Positions 6,665 through 9,023 of a stretch of DNA of 9,023 nucleotides are shown one piece after another. This stretch comes from Octopus sinensis (lineage: Eukaryota): positions 1 to 9,023 of the forward strand of contig NW_021828205.1 in assembly GCF_006345805.1 (NCBI RefSeq). Direction: 5' to 3'. A program made the position numbers and the translations under genes. Within the stretch, counting starts at the first letter, position 1; each line of letters opens with the position of its first letter. The notes beneath the pieces are model-generated. The model ran no database searches, was not told where the DNA came from, and saw only the letters and a program-made list of their open reading frames with translations.

Positions 6665-7500
6665 TTCACTCCTGAATTCCTCCCAAGTTTAGATTAATAT
6701 TCATTTCTTCAACAACATGGTGCTGCAGTGAGCCTTCCATGACTTTCTCGTCGATTACGGATGGATTGGGAAAAAACGTCTACGAAATACGTTGAGTCAT
6801 CTTTTCAAAACACCTTCAATTTCATTAATTAAATGCGATCCATGTTAGAAACGGAGAGGAACAATTGTTGAACCAAATAACTGAAATTAACAAGCTGTAC
6901 ATTATTTTCGAGTCTTCTTCACTAAATATCAGTTGAATATCTGTGGTTTTGCTCAATCAAGCATTATTCCTTGTCTTCTGTTCTCTCTGTAAAGTTGATT
7001 AATGGTGCTTCAATAATTCCTATCTTCAACCATTCTTTACTTGGTAAATTAGGATTGAGCCATTTCTGTTGTAATTTATGTTTGATGTCTAGAAACTCCG
7101 ATATTTCTGACTTATTTTCATCGAACCAAACTTTGTGTTTGCGTGTCCTGAAGCCGAAGATATTGGCAGCGAAGGCATAAATTTTGTGTGTGAAGTCTGA
7201 CCATGAAATATCAGGTGATGAATTTTCTAAATTTTCGCGAAAATTTTCCGATATTATTGTGTGTCAGAGTTTTGGTACCCTCGCGTTATTTGCTGTAAAC
7301 TTTTGCAGCTTTCCTCGCATTGGGAATTTTCCTATGTACTTACATTGGGTAGTGGTCTCTACCAGACGTGGCCAAAATTTTGGAACATAGGTCTGAAAAT
7401 TAGAGTTTTTATATTAAATGCCCAAAGTTATACTTAATTCGCAATTTATTATTACGTGACCAAAAGTTTGTAACGTATGTCTTGAATTTTTTTTGTCTAA
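6665..7500 (-). pseudogene. Decayed RTE (BovB-like) LINE fragment: end of the AP endonuclease and linker up to the start of RT
   Basis: A Met-less 99-codon open frame 7263-6967 (absent from the ORF track) reads ...SPDISWSDFTHKIYAFAANIFGFRTRKHKVWFDENKSEISEFLDIKHKLQQKWLN..., matching the RTE-BovB 'KHxDWFDEN' linker. Upstream remnant DLCSKILATSGRDHY (APE C-terminal DH motif). Downstream, in other frames, DSKIMYSLL and PNPSVIDEKVMEG. Confidence 0.8.
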
Positions 7501-7503
7501 ATA

Positions 7504-7674
7504 GTCGTAGGAGTGGCTGTGCGGTAAGCAGCTTGCTTACCAACCACATGGTTCCGGGTTCAGTCCCAATGCGTAGCACCTTGGGCATGTGTTTTCTACT
7601 ATAGCCTCGGGCTAACCAAAGCGTTGTGGGTGGATTTGGTAGACGGAAACTGAAAGAAGCCCATCGTATATATG

Positions 7675-7713
<39 letters not shown>

Positions 7714-7915
7714 CTGTGTTTGCTCCCTCCAACATCGCTTGACAACCGATGCTGGTGTGTTTACGTCCCCGTCACTTAACGGTTCGGCAAAATAGACCGA
7801 TAGAATAAGTACTAGGCTTACAAAGAATAAGTCCTGGGGTCGATTTGCTCGACTAAAGGCAGTGCTCCAACATGGCTACAGTCAAATGACTGAAACAAGT
7901 AAAAGATTTAAAGAG
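7504..7915 (+). mobile_element. Full-length CORE-like tRNA-derived SINE, candidate 6-bp TSD TAAATA
   Basis: Same head, core, internal (TA)(TG)n and tail as 6125-6535. TAAATA occurs at 7498-7503 and 7916-7921. Confidence 0.9.
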
Positions 7916-7921
7916 TAAATA

Positions 7922-8113
7922 TTGAACCGTTGGATCTGTTATTAGGTAACTATTTTTCGATATTGGATATATTTGAATCGAATTGTACTTGGGCATTGCA
8001 ATTTTAATTTTTAATAAAATATTCCTAACTTTTGTCCACGATTGTATCCCTGCATTTGGTAGTGGTCTCTCTGAACGATTAGCTCCACGCAAAAACTTAA
8101 CACTACAAAGATC
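7922..8113 (-). pseudogene. Second decayed RTE LINE fragment covering the AP endonuclease C-terminus
   Basis: Minus translation DLCSVKFLRGANRSE/DHYQM...KVRNILLKIKIAMPK...TDPTVQY resembles the RTE 'DVxxTRxMRGAxCxTDHxLV' motif and following linker. Confidence 0.6.
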
Positions 8114-8114
8114 A

Positions 8115-8370
8115 TGGGTGCATGGTTCGGAGATCAAGGAGCCCCTCCGGATCGAACCGTTACTTCTCTGTATTGAAAGGTCACAGTTCCGGTACTACGG
8201 ACACGTGATTAGAATGTCGTAGGAAAGAATCATAAGACAGTTTCTTCAAGCCTAGCCAATCAGCAGTAGACCTTAAAGGTAGGCCAAGAACAAGATGATT
8301 GGATAATATCCAGTCTAGGTTGGTCACGCTCAGGAATGAAGCCGAAAAGCGTAATGATGGTCGCTTGGGA
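8115..8370 (+). pseudogene. RTE-clade (Rex3/Expander-like) LINE 3' coding end, decayed
   Basis: VHGSEIKEPLRIEPLLLCIERSQFRYYGHVIRMS*ERIIRQFLQA*PISSRP/KGRPRTR*LDNI/LGWSRSGMKP matches the Rex3/Expander C-terminal 'LLLHIERSQLRWxGHxxRM...RPRGRPRTRWxD...LxWERLG' motif, with stops and frameshifts. Confidence 0.8.
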
Positions 8371-8394
8371 TAGGACTCTACGAAGCATTCCAGC

Positions 8395-8489
8395 TCTATA
8401 GGGTGCGTAACTCGGATATCAGGAAGTCTCGCCAGGTCGAGCCACTACTTCGCACCGAGAGGTCACAGTTCCAGTACAACAGTCATACG

Positions 8490-8491
<2 letters not shown>
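8395..8491 (+). pseudogene. Second short fragment of the same Rex3-like segment
   Basis: YRVRNSDIRKSRQVEPLLRTERSQFQYNSHT. 8402-8491 aligns with 8117-8209 (shared AGGTCACAGTTCC), at roughly 70% identity by eye. Confidence 0.75.

Positions 8492-8525
<34 letters not shown>
8492..8525. repeat. (TA)n microsatellite
   Basis: Perfect TA run. Confidence 0.95.
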
Positions 8526-8530
<5 letters not shown>

Positions 8531-9000
8531 ATAAGAAAGTTGGTTTGTGAAAGCACGTGGGTGAATATATAGAAAAAAGTAAAGAGTGAAAAAACTACAG
8601 AAGGCTTAAATGTTAAAAATATATATATATTTGTGTCAATATGTCTGAAGAATATTAGAAAATTTTTAAAAAAATGTTTTTTCTCTTATAATGACATAAT
8701 TTAAAAGAAAGACCGGTTTCGCGTGTAGCTTTTCAAATTTCTTGTGACGTTATATTCATAACGTTATATTCTTGTGACATTATAATTCATAACGTTATAT
8801 TCATAACGTTATATTCATAAATTCATAACGTCACAAGAAATTTGAAAAGCTACACGCGAAACCGGTCTTTCTTTTAAATTATGTCATTATAAGAAAAAAA
8901 AGTGTCTTTTTAAATTTTCTAATTTCTTCAGACATATTGACGCAAATATATATATTTTTTAACATTTAAGCCTTCTGTAGTTTTTTCACTCTTTACTTTT
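8526..9000. mobile_element. Second foldback element between (TA)n tracts
   Basis: Arms 8575-8753 and 8825-9000 (~178 bp). The inner 70 bp (8684-8753 / 8825-8894) are perfectly complementary. 71-bp repetitive spacer. Unpaired left extension 8526-8574. Degenerate hammerhead-like motif GC-UACAC-GC-GAAA-CCGG-UC at 8849-8867. Confidence 0.7.
8747..8830. repeat. Patchwork 14-bp tandem repeat ACGTTATATTCATA at the hairpin apex
   Basis: Full units at 8747-8760, 8792-8805 and 8806-8819, partial units between them, and a re-copy of TTGTGAC at 8772-8778. Confidence 0.9.
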
Positions 9001-9023
9001 AATATATATTATATATATATATA

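Noticed and set aside
6665-8370. Single twin-primed (5'-inverted) LINE insertion joined at ~8114
   Set aside because: The minus part is BovB-like and the plus part Rex3/Expander-like, and over 1 kb of RT would be missing between them. Independent insertions are more parsimonious.
8640-8700. Hammerhead from CUGAAGA-AUAUUA-GAAA in the left arm
   Set aside because: No helix II, no credible helix III, and the putative cleavage nucleotide would be G. Probably chance in AT-rich sequence.
8747-8830. CRISPR-like array
   Set aside because: Eukaryotic repeat context, 14-bp adjacent units, no unique spacers and no cas genes.

Overview
AT-rich eukaryotic non-coding DNA made almost entirely of microsatellites and decayed retroelements. 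I found no intact protein-coding gene. The SINE families look like ones I recall from octopus (coleoid cephalopod) genomes; this is recognition from memory, not a database match. Contents: (i) two long foldback palindromes embedded in (TA)n (241-472 and ~8526-9000) and a short element attached to (TAA)n (5780-5929), all carrying minimal type-I hammerhead ribozyme motifs of the Penelope/retrozyme kind (two convincing, one degenerate); (ii) a 2.3-kb (TAA)n 'landing pad' holding two R4/Dong-type LINE 3' ends, an unclassified ~480-bp element and one of the hammerhead elements; (iii) an older minus-strand R4/Dong fragment; (iv) three full-length and several older, nested copies of a tRNA-derived CORE-like SINE, plus one copy of a second tRNA-SINE; (v) decayed RTE-clade LINE fragments on both strands. 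Most supplied ORFs are translations of microsatellites or SINEs. The most interesting signal is the recurring architecture of microsatellite-anchored, hammerhead-bearing, often palindromic mini-elements.
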